From Bdellovibrionales bacterium (GTDB lineage: Bacteria; Bdellovibrionota; Bdellovibrionia; Bdellovibrionales; UBA1609): a stretch of 64,000 nt of DNA. Positions 8,983 to 18,960 of this stretch are shown here, piece after piece; the first letter of the stretch is position 1, and the number at the start of each line of letters is the position of its first letter. The notes under the pieces are model-generated. The model did no database searches and was not told where the DNA came from. It worked only from the letters and a program-made list of their open reading frames with translations. Made by a program: the position numbers and the translations under genes. The stretch lies in assembly GCA_041690295.1 (NCBI GenBank), contig JAWLHR010000009.1:1-64000 (forward strand). The letters run 5' to 3'.

Positions 8983-9975
8983 ATGGGGGGTTTTTACCGG
9001 GGATTCATCTTAGCGTCACTGATTGCTATTCCCTTCGCTTTCAACAGCTGTCTGTTCTTTAAATCGAAGGTCGGCCAAAAAGAAAAGGAATCTACGTCAT
9101 CACCTTCGGCCGGGCGGACACCCGCTTCGATCAATGGGGTGAAGGTGGCGTTTGTCGGCGACACGGGAGCTAAGGAAGATTTTCAAGAGGTTTTGAATTT
9201 AATCAAGAGGAACAACGCGGATCTGCTCGTGGTCCTGGGGGATACGGATTACGGCAGGGGTGAACAAGTCTGGCACAATATGGTGACATCGACTTTGGGC
9301 GATGAGCCGGCGTTGATCGCTTTTGGCAATCATGACTACAATGACAGTGATCCCGAGGTGATCGCCGAGCTTGGGATGCAGAGGCTTGCGCGCCGTCCGG
9401 ATGTGAAGTGCGAAGGCACTTATGGGGAACAGTTCACCTGCACCTTTCGCGGCCTCTACTTCGTGCTTTCCAGTATTGGTTCAGGCGACCTGTCCCGGGC
9501 CAGTCACGAGCAATATATCCAAACGCAACTTAATAAATCGGATCCGAGCCATTGGCGGTTTTGTGTTTGGCATAAGAATCAACGCTTAATGCAAGTCGGT
9601 GGCAAAAGTGACGAAGTCGGTTGGACGGCCTATGAGACCTGCCGAAGCAAAGGGGCTTTGATCGCCACGGGACATGAGCATAACTATTCGCGCACCCACC
9701 TTTTGAGCAATATGCAGAATCAAGTGGTGAGCGAAAAAGGAAACACCATGACGGTGCGCGAAGGCGCGAGCTTGGTGTGGGTGTCCGGCCTTGGTGGAAA
9801 AAGCATTCGGGACCAACAGCGTTCGGGTGATCACTGGGCCTCAATCTACACTTCCAATCAGGGAGCGATTCCGGGAGTGCTTTTCGGAACTTTTTCCGGA
9901 AACACGGCGAACTTTGAGTTCATTAACATCAATGATCAGGTCATTGATAAGTTTACGGTGATCAAGGGGTATTAA
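8983..9975 (+). CDS. Secreted calcineurin-like metallophosphoesterase
   Basis: Motifs GDTG, LGDTDY, GNHD, WH and TGHEHNY; FAFNSC lipobox-like signal; AGGAGG RBS. Confidence 0.85.
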   Translation: MGGFYRGFILASLIAIPFAFNSCLFFKSKVGQKEKESTSSPSAGRTPASINGVKVAFVGDTGAKEDFQEVLNLIKRNNADLLVVLGDTDYGRGEQVWHNMVTSTLGDEPALIAFGNHDYNDSDPEVIAELGMQRLARRPDVKCEGTYGEQFTCTFRGLYFVLSSIGSGDLSRASHEQYIQTQLNKSDPSHWRFCVWHKNQRLMQVGGKSDEVGWTAYETCRSKGALIATGHEHNYSRTHLLSNMQNQVVSEKGNTMTVREGASLVWVSGLGGKSIRDQQRSGDHWASIYTSNQGAIPGVLFGTFSGNTANFEFININDQVIDKFTVIKGY

Positions 9976-10256
9976 TGAGTCAGGTGATGAGTTTGATATT
10001 CGCACTGATGATCAGCGGAAATCTATTCGCCGCGGAGTGCGCGACAGTCACGACCGAGGGAAGTCACTTGAGCGCCGATTTAATCACCGCCGAGGAAGGC
10101 GCGATCGAGGAGTCAGACGATCTTTGTTATCCGGCGCCGGCCCGGCAAATCAGTTTGACGTGTCACTATGAAGCCGGTCGCTATCGCTGCCTCAGAAAAG
10201 TCGAGTGCACTTATTGCGGTGTGGATCTCCGTTATCTGGAAAGGCATGCGGAATGA
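9975..10256 (+). CDS. Small secreted Cys-rich hypothetical protein
   Basis: TAATG coupling to the upstream gene; signal peptide; 6 Cys. Confidence 0.55.
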   Translation: MSQVMSLIFALMISGNLFAAECATVTTEGSHLSADLITAEEGAIEESDDLCYPAPARQISLTCHYEAGRYRCLRKVECTYCGVDLRYLERHAE

Positions 10257-10615
10257 TCGGATTGATCTTACTTTTATTTTCGGGGGCGTCCGCGCAAAAC
10301 GGCGCCACCGTATTGTACACCTGTGATATTCGCTCTTACGCCGGCGTGTGCCGGCATTATCGGGTTCCACGCGAGGATAAAGTGGCCCATGAACTCATTC
10401 GCGAATCATGCCTCAGTATGGAAGGCGCGAAATTCGAACGTGGCGCCAAATGTCCGGATCAGGGGCGGTTCGCGAAATGCGGTGATTTACTTTGGAATGA
10501 TCATGATCCCAAAAACAAAATCGCCTACGACAATCTGTATTACCAGGGGTGGAATTCGCAAAAACTCATTCGCATCTGCGCCGATCTCGAGGGCAAACTG
10601 AATTTTCGTCGATGA
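10253..10615 (+). CDS. Small secreted Cys-rich hypothetical protein
   Basis: ATGA overlap; MIGLILLLFSGASAQ signal; 6 Cys. Confidence 0.55.
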   Translation: MIGLILLLFSGASAQNGATVLYTCDIRSYAGVCRHYRVPREDKVAHELIRESCLSMEGAKFERGAKCPDQGRFAKCGDLLWNDHDPKNKIAYDNLYYQGWNSQKLIRICADLEGKLNFRR

Positions 10616-10618
10616 AGT

Positions 10619-11623
10619 CTATTCCCACCGCAGAATGCCGTAAGGCCGCACCTCGTTGCCTTTCACTTCACAATGGCCGGGATCACGAATTAAGGCGCCG
10701 TTCGGGATGGCGGGCGGTTCCCCATCCCGTTTCAGCCATGAGAAAAACTCGCGCTCGGTTCCCCGGCAGATCATCTGCCGGACTTTGCCCTTTTCATAAA
10801 GCGTGTCGCCGATCACGCGGATGGCGCCACGCCAGTCCGGACCCTTCGCGTCGCGACTCATGAGCAGATAGGAAAAGGTCAGCGTCTTATTCTTCATGGG
10901 TAAAAGAGCTTCCAATTGGCTCCAGGTTTTCGAACCTTGGAAATGAATACGGGCGTGACACCAATCGCGGCTGGAGTGCTTGAGCAGCGGACAGGTTTGG
11001 GAGTGCGTGCAAGGCGCGAGCGCCGCGTAACCGGCGTCGATTAATCGCTGACGCCATTCCATGAGCGTTCGACCCGTGTCCCTGAACGAAGGCTCGATAA
11101 AAAGCAAATGGGAAAACTCGTTGAGGTTGGGCAGATGAGAATGCATTTCGATGAAGGAAAAAGAAAACACACCAAGGGCGCCGGGCTTCGGTCGCGCCTG
11201 CCGGTTCCATTCGGGGCTCCATCGCGCGGGGAATTTTTGCGCGAGTTGCTGGTGGAGACGAATGGCTTCACGGTCGATTTCCACGCAGATCAATTCTTTG
11301 GGCGGCAGCCATTCTTCTTCTTCCAGACTCCAGTGGGTGGCGCCGATCCCGCTGCCGAAATCCCAAACTTCGCTGATCAATTCGGGTTTGATGAATCGCC
11401 TGACTTCCTTGAACACGGATTTAAGGCGGGCCACGTTCAACGGTAAAAAATAAGCGCAATAGGCGCGAAGAACATGCGCCTCCGTCCAAGGCGTGCGTGC
11501 GCCTTGCCGGTTTATATAAAAATCAGAAAGCCTGATGATGTCCTTCGATAGTTCGGACAATTCGCGGCCGACGATGGGACCGGAGAAGAGTTTCTCAAGC
11601 TGTGGGGATAGAGAGAACGTCAT
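10619..11623 (-). CDS. Rsm22/METTL17-family small-subunit methyltransferase-like protein
   Basis: AYCAYFLPLN, DFGSG.G SAM motif, IEP, APCTH..TCPL, DWCH, FSYL. Confidence 0.75.
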   Translation of the reverse strand: MTFSLSPQLEKLFSGPIVGRELSELSKDIIRLSDFYINRQGARTPWTEAHVLRAYCAYFLPLNVARLKSVFKEVRRFIKPELISEVWDFGSGIGATHWSLEEEEWLPPKELICVEIDREAIRLHQQLAQKFPARWSPEWNRQARPKPGALGVFSFSFIEMHSHLPNLNEFSHLLFIEPSFRDTGRTLMEWRQRLIDAGYAALAPCTHSQTCPLLKHSSRDWCHARIHFQGSKTWSQLEALLPMKNKTLTFSYLLMSRDAKGPDWRGAIRVIGDTLYEKGKVRQMICRGTEREFFSWLKRDGEPPAIPNGALIRDPGHCEVKGNEVRPYGILRWE

Positions 11624-12644
11624 GATTGGGCCGGCTGGTTTCGATTTCCCGGATCGTCTTTATCACCTGATCCGGAGTGATTTCTTCCATTACATTCGAA
11701 TTGTGCGCTAAGCTCTCATCGGGCACGAGGACCGCGGTTTTAATGCCTTTCGGACCCCAGCGGCGCGGATGTTCCACGCGTTTTGGAGAATAGATTCCCA
11801 CCACCGGCACATCGAGAGAGGCGGCCAGATGCAACACACCCGTGCTCGGAGCGGTGACCGAACGGGCTTGTGACAGAATGTCCAGCAGATCGAAAAATTT
11901 GAGCTGATCAACGAGCCATTTCACCCCTGGGAGATCTTTGATTTCGATCATCTGATTGAGAAATTTCATGTCCATCTTGGTTCCCGTGATCACCACGGGC
12001 ATCTCACGCGAGAGAGCCTCAATCAGTTCCTTAAAGTTTTTCGTCGGCCAGTTGAGCGCCGAGCCCGCCATTCCCGGATGAACCACGCGGTACTCCTGAT
12101 TTTTCAATCCGTAGGCGGCGATGGTGCCAAAGGGATTGGGGGCGATCAGGCGAAGAAAACTCTTCTTGATCACCGGCAGAGCGGATGTTTTACGGCAGCC
12201 CAGCCGGTTAAAGCCCCATTCGACTAAATCAAAATTGTAGTCGGATTCATGACGGTCGCTGGCTTTGCGGCTTTGCCGGACTCCCACGTTATAAAAGAGA
12301 AAGGAATGCCATTGGCTTTTGCGGCCGATGCGTTCCGGAACGCCGGCCAACCAGACCGCGAGCGACACCCACCAGGGCGTGTGGAATAAAACCACGGTCT
12401 GGGGCTTATTTTTCTTGAGCCACCGAATCATGCGGAGAAATTCATTGGGTGAAAATCCGCGTTTAAACTCGCTCACGGCCCGTTTGGGCGCGGCCTGTTC
12501 GGCGATGAAACCAAGTCCGCGGCTGACGAACCAGTGAACCCGCGAACCCGCGAAGACCGGATGACGATCGACCGGCAAAGTGACGACTAAATCGCCGATT
12601 TTATCCATCCGGATCAGCACCACATCGACATTTCTTTTGTCCAT
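11595..12644 (-). CDS. Glycosyltransferase family 9 (LPS heptosyltransferase-like)
   Basis: IRMDKIGDLVVTLP, VHPG...SALNWP, STG.LHLAASL..PVVGIY, WGP. Confidence 0.85.
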   Translation of the reverse strand: MDKRNVDVVLIRMDKIGDLVVTLPVDRHPVFAGSRVHWFVSRGLGFIAEQAAPKRAVSEFKRGFSPNEFLRMIRWLKKNKPQTVVLFHTPWWVSLAVWLAGVPERIGRKSQWHSFLFYNVGVRQSRKASDRHESDYNFDLVEWGFNRLGCRKTSALPVIKKSFLRLIAPNPFGTIAAYGLKNQEYRVVHPGMAGSALNWPTKNFKELIEALSREMPVVITGTKMDMKFLNQMIEIKDLPGVKWLVDQLKFFDLLDILSQARSVTAPSTGVLHLAASLDVPVVGIYSPKRVEHPRRWGPKGIKTAVLVPDESLAHNSNVMEEITPDQVIKTIREIETSRPNHDVLSIPTA

Positions 12645-12687
12645 TCAGTCCTATATATGGCATGAATTCGGGTTTATGGGGAGCGAA

Positions 12688-13338
12688 ATGACCGAAATCG
12701 AAATTCGTAAGCAAATGGTGGAGATCTGCAAACGATTATACGCTCGCAACATGCTGGCCGCCGCGGACGGTAATGTCAGCGCGCGTTTGAGCGAGGAATT
12801 CATTCTGATCACTCCCTCAGGCCGAGCCAAGGCCTTTATCGATCCCGCGGACATCTCCGTCATGACTTTGAATGGCGAAGTGGTTTCGGGGCAACCCTCG
12901 GGCGAGCGGATCATGCACTTGGAAATTTATCGCTCCTGTCCCCAGGCCAAAGCGGTGGTGCACGCTCATCCGCCACATGCCATTGCCTGGTCCTTGCTGA
13001 GTCCCGAGCTGAGTGAACTGCCTGATAATTATTTGAGCGAGATCATATTAGCGGCCGGTCGCATTCCTATTGTTCCATACGCCCGTCCCACCACCGAGGA
13101 TATGGCCGCTGTATTGAAACCGTTTCTTCCGGATCACAGGGCCATGATCTTACGCCGTCATGGGGCCGTGACTTGGGGGTTGGATCTGAATGAAGCAATG
13201 AACGGCATGGAACGACTGGAACACTCCGCGCAAATCCTCTGGTTGGCGCGGACGCTCGGTCCGCTTGAAGCCTTGCCGGACGAGGAAGTGAAAGCCTTGC
13301 GCGCCATGCGCGAAAAAATGGGAGAACGAATGCTATGA
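12688..13338 (+). CDS. Class II aldolase (FucA/Ald2-like)
   Basis: DGNVS, ITPSG, PSGE..MHLEIY, VVHAHP, LRRHG, ME.LEH; RBS before ATG 12688. Confidence 0.85.
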   Translation: MTEIEIRKQMVEICKRLYARNMLAAADGNVSARLSEEFILITPSGRAKAFIDPADISVMTLNGEVVSGQPSGERIMHLEIYRSCPQAKAVVHAHPPHAIAWSLLSPELSELPDNYLSEIILAAGRIPIVPYARPTTEDMAAVLKPFLPDHRAMILRRHGAVTWGLDLNEAMNGMERLEHSAQILWLARTLGPLEALPDEEVKALRAMREKMGERML

Positions 13339-14348
13339 CGCCGTTCACGGCCACATCCATAAAAATGGATTCTCAAGGGTTATGGATTCTGGATCAAACC
13401 CAGCTTCCCCATAGGGAGCAGTGGTTGAAATCGCCGGACCCGGTGACCATGATCCAACACATTCGTGCGTTGCGCGTTCGTGGGGCGCCGTTGATCGGTG
13501 TCGCGGCCGCGCTCCAGCTCGGGCTTTTCGTTGAGCAGGGCGCGGATCGCGCCGAATTCGAAAAAGCCTTGTTCGCATTGAGAGAAGCACGACCCACGGC
13601 CGTGAATTTGATGAACGCGCTGGATCGCCTTTGGCGGAAATTCAAAACCGAAGGCTTGGAGTCAATCCCGCACGAAGCGGAATCGATCTGCCTTGAAGAA
13701 GTCCGACTGAGCGAAAAGCTCGCTGAAAACGGCGCGAAGTTGATCAAGGACGGTGATCGTCTTCTGACCCATTGTAACACCGGCGGATTGGCCACGGTTG
13801 GATATGGAACCGCGTTGGGGGCCATTATTCGCGCCCATGAACAGGGGAAACGAATTCATGTCTACATCGATGAAACGCGCCCGCTGCTTCAAGGCGCGCG
13901 CCTGAACACCTGGGAATGCGAGAAGCACAAAGTTCCCTACACGTTGATTTGCGACAACATGGCCGCCTACCTCATGCTTCAGCACAAGGTTGATGCGGTT
14001 TTCGTGGGCGCCGACCGCATCGCCCGTAATGGCGATTTCGCCAATAAGATCGGCACTTATTCCTTGGCCGTCAATTGCCGCTTCCATGGCATTCCGTTTT
14101 ACGTGGTGGCCCCCCGGACCACCATCGATGCGAACTGCGGCCACGGCGGAGATATTCCGGTGGAAGAGCGCTCGGCTTTGGAAGTTCATGGTGTCCGCGG
14201 CGCCTTCGGCGAAGTCGAATGGGCTTATAAAAACGCTCCGGTGTGGAATCCGGCTTTTGATGTGACGCCTATGGATTTAGTCACGGCCTGGGTGCTCGAT
14301 GATGGCGTCTATGACAGGGAAGACGTAAAGAAGGGAATTCTCATTTGA
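13335..14348 (+). CDS. mtnA: S-methyl-5-thioribose-1-phosphate isomerase
   Basis: LDQ..LP, VRGAP.IG, RPTAVNL, LTHCN.G.LAT..GTALG, DETRPLLQGARL, GADRIA.NGD.ANKIGTY, NPAFDVTP. Confidence 0.95.
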   Translation: MTPFTATSIKMDSQGLWILDQTQLPHREQWLKSPDPVTMIQHIRALRVRGAPLIGVAAALQLGLFVEQGADRAEFEKALFALREARPTAVNLMNALDRLWRKFKTEGLESIPHEAESICLEEVRLSEKLAENGAKLIKDGDRLLTHCNTGGLATVGYGTALGAIIRAHEQGKRIHVYIDETRPLLQGARLNTWECEKHKVPYTLICDNMAAYLMLQHKVDAVFVGADRIARNGDFANKIGTYSLAVNCRFHGIPFYVVAPRTTIDANCGHGGDIPVEERSALEVHGVRGAFGEVEWAYKNAPVWNPAFDVTPMDLVTAWVLDDGVYDREDVKKGILI

Positions 14349-14387
14349 GCCCGACAGGGCGGCATTTAAAAAACGGGAGAGAGTAAA

Positions 14388-15209
14388 ATGTGGGGAATCA
14401 TCGGTGGCTCCGGTTTCGAAAGATTCGACGGCTTCGAGGTGGTGGAAACGCTTCCTCGGGAAACTCCTTTTGGTCCCGCTTCAAGCGGATTCAAAAAAGT
14501 TCGAATTAATGGGCAAGAGGCGCTGTTTATCTCCCGCCATGGTGATCATCATGAATTTTTGCCGACCGAAATCAATTACCGCGCGAATATTTACGCCTTG
14601 AAAGCCCATGGCGCGCGATCCATCGTGGCCTTTTCGGCGGTCGGAAGTTTACGTGAACAGTTGGCGCCCGGCGATTTGGTGATTCCATTGCAGTATATTG
14701 ACCGAACCAAGGGAATCCGCGCGCACACATTTTGCGGGAGTGGTGTTGTCGGCCATATCTCATTGGCGCATCCGGTTTGCGAGTCGGCGGCGGAAATGGC
14801 TTTGGCGGAAGCGAAAAAAGAGGGGATTAAAGCTCACTTGGGTGGAACTTACGTGTGCATTGAAGGTCCCAACTTTTCCACCTACGCGGAAAGCGTTCAC
14901 TACCGGGAAATCGGCGCCGACATTATCGGCATGACCAATTATCCTGAGTACGCGCTGGCGCGTGAAGCCGGACTGAGTTACCTGCCGTGTTGCTTTATCA
15001 CGGATTACGATTGTTGGGACACCTCTCGACCCCACGTCACCCTGGAAGAAGTGGTGCGCATCATGCGCGAGAACAACGGCAAAGCTTTTCGCTTGTTAAA
15101 ACGTGTGCTGGCCGGCGGTGAACCCCAATGCGATTGCGCGAACCAAGGCCTTCGCCATGGTCTTCTCACTCCGAAAGAAAATCTTCCGGAGTGGTTTTCC
15201 TTGTTTTAG
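14388..15209 (+). CDS. mtnP: Methylthioadenosine phosphorylase
   Basis: GIIGGSG, TPFG.AS, RHG, INYRANI.ALK, SAVGSL, IEGP.FST.AES, IGMTN.PE..LAREA, TDYDCW. Confidence 0.92.
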   Translation: MWGIIGGSGFERFDGFEVVETLPRETPFGPASSGFKKVRINGQEALFISRHGDHHEFLPTEINYRANIYALKAHGARSIVAFSAVGSLREQLAPGDLVIPLQYIDRTKGIRAHTFCGSGVVGHISLAHPVCESAAEMALAEAKKEGIKAHLGGTYVCIEGPNFSTYAESVHYREIGADIIGMTNYPEYALAREAGLSYLPCCFITDYDCWDTSRPHVTLEEVVRIMRENNGKAFRLLKRVLAGGEPQCDCANQGLRHGLLTPKENLPEWFSLF

Positions 15210-15213
15210 TGAA

Positions 15214-18072
15214 TTAATAGGAATCCAGGGGCGGGCAAGCACAAACGAGGTTCTTGTCGCCATAGGCGTTATCAACGCGTCCGACGCTGATCCAAAACTT
15301 CCGCTCGCGAACCCAAGGCAAGGGGAACGCGGCTTTTTCCCGGCCGTAGGAATGCGGCCATTGATCGGAAACCAAATGTTGATAGGAATGGGGCGCGTTC
15401 TTCAACACATTATCCGTGCGATCCGCTTGACCGGATTCAATTTCGGCAATCTCTTGCCGAATTTGAATCATCGCCTCACAGAAGCGATCGAGCTCTTCTT
15501 TACTCTCACTTTCGGTGGGTTCGATCATCAAGGTACCGATCACCGGCCATGACATCGTGGGCGCGTGGAAGCCGTAATCCATCAGTCGCTTGGCGATGTC
15601 CTCCACCGTCACGCCGGCGCTTTCTTTGAACGGGCGGACGTCAAGAATACATTCGTGGGCCACATACCCGTTTTTACCTTTGTAAAGGGTTTTGTAATGG
15701 GGTTCGAGCCGGCGAGCGATGTAGTTCGCGTTCAAAATCGCGGCCTCAGTGGCCTGGCGAAGTCCCTCACGCCCCATGAGCGCGATGTAGCCCCAGGAAA
15801 TCGGCAGAATTCCCGCGCTTCCCCAAGGGCCGCTGGCCACGGCGGAAATGCCTGTGGCCGGTCCCGCTTCGGGAACCAACGAGTGTTTGGGCAAGAACGG
15901 TTTGAGATGTTCGGCGACACCGATCGGGCCGATGCCCGGACCTCCACCGCCATGTGGGATACAAAATGTTTTATGAAGATTCAAATGGCTGACATCCACG
16001 CCGATGCGACCCGGTTTACACAAGCCCACCATGGCATTCATGTTCGCGCCGTCCATATAAACCTGTCCGCCATGGGAATGGACGAGCTCACAGATTTCCA
16101 GAATGGACTCTTCGAACACGCCGTGAGTCGAAGGATAGGTGATCATGAGCGCCGCAAGGTTGTCCTTGTGCGCGGCGAGTTTGTCGCGCAGGTCTTTGAG
16201 ATCCACATTCCCCTGATCATCACAAGCGACGACCACCACTTTCATTCCCGCCATCACCGCGCTCGCCGGATTGGTTCCGTGGGCCGACGCGGGGATCAAG
16301 CAGATATTGCGATGAGCCTGTCCCTTGCTTCTGAAGTATTCACGAATCACCAACAATCCCGCGTACTCACCCTGGGAGCCCGCATTCGGTTGCAAAGACA
16401 CGGCGGAAAAGCCGGTGATCTCCGCCAGCCAGCCTTCCAATTGCCGGATCATTTCCAGATAACCCGCGGCCTGACGAATCGGCGCGAAGGGATGAAGGCG
16501 GGCGAACTCCGGCCAGGTGATGGGAATCATCTCCGCCGTGGCATTGAGTTTCATGGTGCACGAGCCGAGCGGAATCATCGAATGAGCCAGCGATAAATCC
16601 TTGCTCTGCAAGCGCTGCAGGTAGCGCAGCATTTCGGTTTCCGAATGATAACGATTGAACGTCGGATGTGTCAGATATTCGGACCGGCGCTGAAATTTTT
16701 CGCCAAGCTCGAACGCACCGTCGATGTTCACGTCATCGCAGGTTAAAGTGGTGCCGGGTTTGAAAATAGCCCAAAGAGTTTCGACATCTTCGCCGGTGGT
16801 GAGTTCGTCCAGCGAGAGCGTTAAAACACCCGGATACATGGTGCCTAAGTTGATCCGCGCTTGTTCCGCGCGTTGAATGATCTCTTTTCTTTGTTGATCA
16901 TCCACCTTCACTTGCAGGGTATCGAAAAACTTCTCCGAAGCGAGCGTGAAACCCAGTTTGCGAAGTCCACTCGCCAGCATCCGAGTCAATCGGTTCACCC
17001 GAGTGGCGATGTCACGCAATCCCTTGGGCCCGTGATAAACCGCGTACATGGACGCCATGACGGCGAGGAGAACTTGCGCCGTACAGATATTGCTCGTCGC
17101 CTTTTCCCGGCGGATATGTTGTTCACGGGTTTGCAAGGCGAGGCGCAAGGCCGGGCGCTTGTGGGCGTCTTGGGACACGCCGATGATCCGGCCCGGAAGA
17201 AGACGCTTGAACTCCTCGCGGGTGGACATGAAAGCGGCATGGGGGCCGCCGAATCCCATCGGCACGCCGAAACGTTGAGTGCTTCCCACGCAAATGTCGG
17301 CACCCAGTTCACCCGGTGCCGGCAAAAGACAAAGTGCGAGCAAATCGGCCGCGACCACCGTAAGGAGTCCGGCGCCTTGGCACTTTTTAATGAAGGGTTC
17401 AATCTCTTTCACCCGGCCGTGCGCATCCGGATATTGCACCAGCGCGCCGAAAAATTCCGGACCGGGATTGAATTTTTCTTCATCACCAACCACCACTTCG
17501 ATGCCCATGGGGAGGGCGCGTGTGTGGATCACGTCCAAAGTTTGCTTAAAGATGTTTTCACTGACAAAGAACTTGGCCGCTGTTTTTTGTTTGCGGGCCG
17601 ACAAACAAAGGTGCATCGCCTCCGCCGCGGCGGTGCCCTCGTCCAAGAGCGAGGCATTCGCCATGGGCAAACCGGTGAGATCCATCACCATGGTTTGAAA
17701 GTTGAGCAAAGCTTCCATGCGCCCTTGGGAGATTTCGGCTTGGTAAGGCGTGTAAGCCGTGTACCATCCCGGATTCTCAAGAATATTGCGCAAGATGACG
17801 GGCGGCGTGAGCGTATCGTAATAACCCTGTCCGATGAAGGACCGGTAAATCTGGTTCTTGGAAGCCACGGACCAGGCGAGGTCCAAAAATTTTCCTTCGC
17901 TCAGTCCAAGCGGTAGATCCAATTCGCCATTCAGCCGGATCGACTGGGGAACGGTGAGCGAAACCAATTCATCCATGGATTTCACACCGATGGTCTTTAA
18001 CATTTCCCGGCGATCGGACTCATTCGGGCCGATGTGCCGCTGAATAAACGAATTTCTCTGATCCAGTTCCAT
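15214..18072 (-). CDS. gcvP: Glycine dehydrogenase (decarboxylating), P protein
   Basis: 952 aa; [44 protein letters not shown] site, GFHAPT. Confidence 0.97.
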   Translation of the reverse strand: MELDQRNSFIQRHIGPNESDRREMLKTIGVKSMDELVSLTVPQSIRLNGELDLPLGLSEGKFLDLAWSVASKNQIYRSFIGQGYYDTLTPPVILRNILENPGWYTAYTPYQAEISQGRMEALLNFQTMVMDLTGLPMANASLLDEGTAAAEAMHLCLSARKQKTAAKFFVSENIFKQTLDVIHTRALPMGIEVVVGDEEKFNPGPEFFGALVQYPDAHGRVKEIEPFIKKCQGAGLLTVVAADLLALCLLPAPGELGADICVGSTQRFGVPMGFGGPHAAFMSTREEFKRLLPGRIIGVSQDAHKRPALRLALQTREQHIRREKATSNICTAQVLLAVMASMYAVYHGPKGLRDIATRVNRLTRMLASGLRKLGFTLASEKFFDTLQVKVDDQQRKEIIQRAEQARINLGTMYPGVLTLSLDELTTGEDVETLWAIFKPGTTLTCDDVNIDGAFELGEKFQRRSEYLTHPTFNRYHSETEMLRYLQRLQSKDLSLAHSMIPLGSCTMKLNATAEMIPITWPEFARLHPFAPIRQAAGYLEMIRQLEGWLAEITGFSAVSLQPNAGSQGEYAGLLVIREYFRSKGQAHRNICLIPASAHGTNPASAVMAGMKVVVVACDDQGNVDLKDLRDKLAAHKDNLAALMITYPSTHGVFEESILEICELVHSHGGQVYMDGANMNAMVGLCKPGRIGVDVSHLNLHKTFCIPHGGGGPGIGPIGVAEHLKPFLPKHSLVPEAGPATGISAVASGPWGSAGILPISWGYIALMGREGLRQATEAAILNANYIARRLEPHYKTLYKGKNGYVAHECILDVRPFKESAGVTVEDIAKRLMDYGFHAPTMSWPVIGTLMIEPTESESKEELDRFCEAMIQIRQEIAEIESGQADRTDNVLKNAPHSYQHLVSDQWPHSYGREKAAFPLPWVRERKFWISVGRVDNAYGDKNLVCACPPLDSY

Positions 18073-18107
18073 ATCGATTCTTTCTACGCCAAACCCGAAC
18101 GGCTCAC

Positions 18108-18911
18108 CTAGCGACTGCGTTTTTTAGTGGCGCGGGCCTTAGTGGTTCTTCTGGCTTTTTTCGAGGTCGCGCGTTTGGCCGCCGCTTTTTTAAGCTTCGA
18201 TGAATTCGCGGTGAATCGCTTGCGCAAGTCATTCAGTTTGGATTTTTGTTCTTTCACCACCTTGGTGACGTCCACCCGACGGTTTTTAATTTGCCGGAGG
18301 ATTTTGTTCAGTTCCCGGTCCATCTGCCGCTGGGCCTGCTGCATGGTTCGCATCAAGTCCGCGTAACGGCGCTCGAACATTTTCACTTTGGCCTGCGCGG
18401 TGGGGCTTAATACCGTATGAAAATCGAAGTTGCGCAGTTCGTTCCCGATTCGCTGCACCTCGGATTTCAATTGATTCACGTCGGTCAGCTTGTGGAGTTC
18501 ATTTTTGATTCGTCGCCAGCTGGCTTGTGTATTCATAAGAACGTCCTTTCGGTGATTCCGTCCATTAGAGCTGTGCTCAATTTGCGTTCGAGGATCGGAA
18601 CCTGTCAAGTCGCGAACCGTATGTCGAGGAGTGAGCACTGCACGTTCACTTCGAAAATGTCCGCCGAAGCGATTTATTCCGTCTTGGCGAAACCGGGGCG
18701 CCAAATCGTTCAGGTATCTTCGCAGTAACTCGAGATCGGGTGAGTGATAATGAACCACCCGTCGATTGTGAATCTGATCATCCTCATACACGATGCCGCT
18801 CGTGAAACCGGCGGCTTTAACCACTTCAGCCACATGTTCATTAAGCCAAGAATCAAATTCCGCGAGGTGGCTGTCGTCTATTTCGAGTTGAACTTGATAA
18901 ATCACCGACAT
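18108..18911 (-). CDS. DUF4286-like N-terminal domain in frame with a helical protein carrying a K/R/A-rich histone-like tail (probable internal start at 18536)
   Basis: Y.V...ID......FDSWL.EHV.EV....GF resembles DUF4286/EthD-like folds; C-terminus [27 protein letters not shown]. Confidence 0.6.
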   Translation of the reverse strand: MSVIYQVQLEIDDSHLAEFDSWLNEHVAEVVKAAGFTSGIVYEDDQIHNRRVVHYHSPDLELLRRYLNDLAPRFRQDGINRFGGHFRSERAVLTPRHTVRDLTGSDPRTQIEHSSNGRNHRKDVLMNTQASWRRIKNELHKLTDVNQLKSEVQRIGNELRNFDFHTVLSPTAQAKVKMFERRYADLMRTMQQAQRQMDRELNKILRQIKNRRVDVTKVVKEQKSKLNDLRKRFTANSSKLKKAAAKRATSKKARRTTKARATKKRSR

Positions 18912-18960
18912 GGACGGCTCCTTTGACAGACTGTAATGCCCGTGCTAGCGAGTTGCGTCA

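Noticed and set aside
15565..17916. Long plus-strand ORFs (343 and 351 aa) opposite gcvP
   Set aside because: Antisense shadows of a strongly conserved gene; no motifs.
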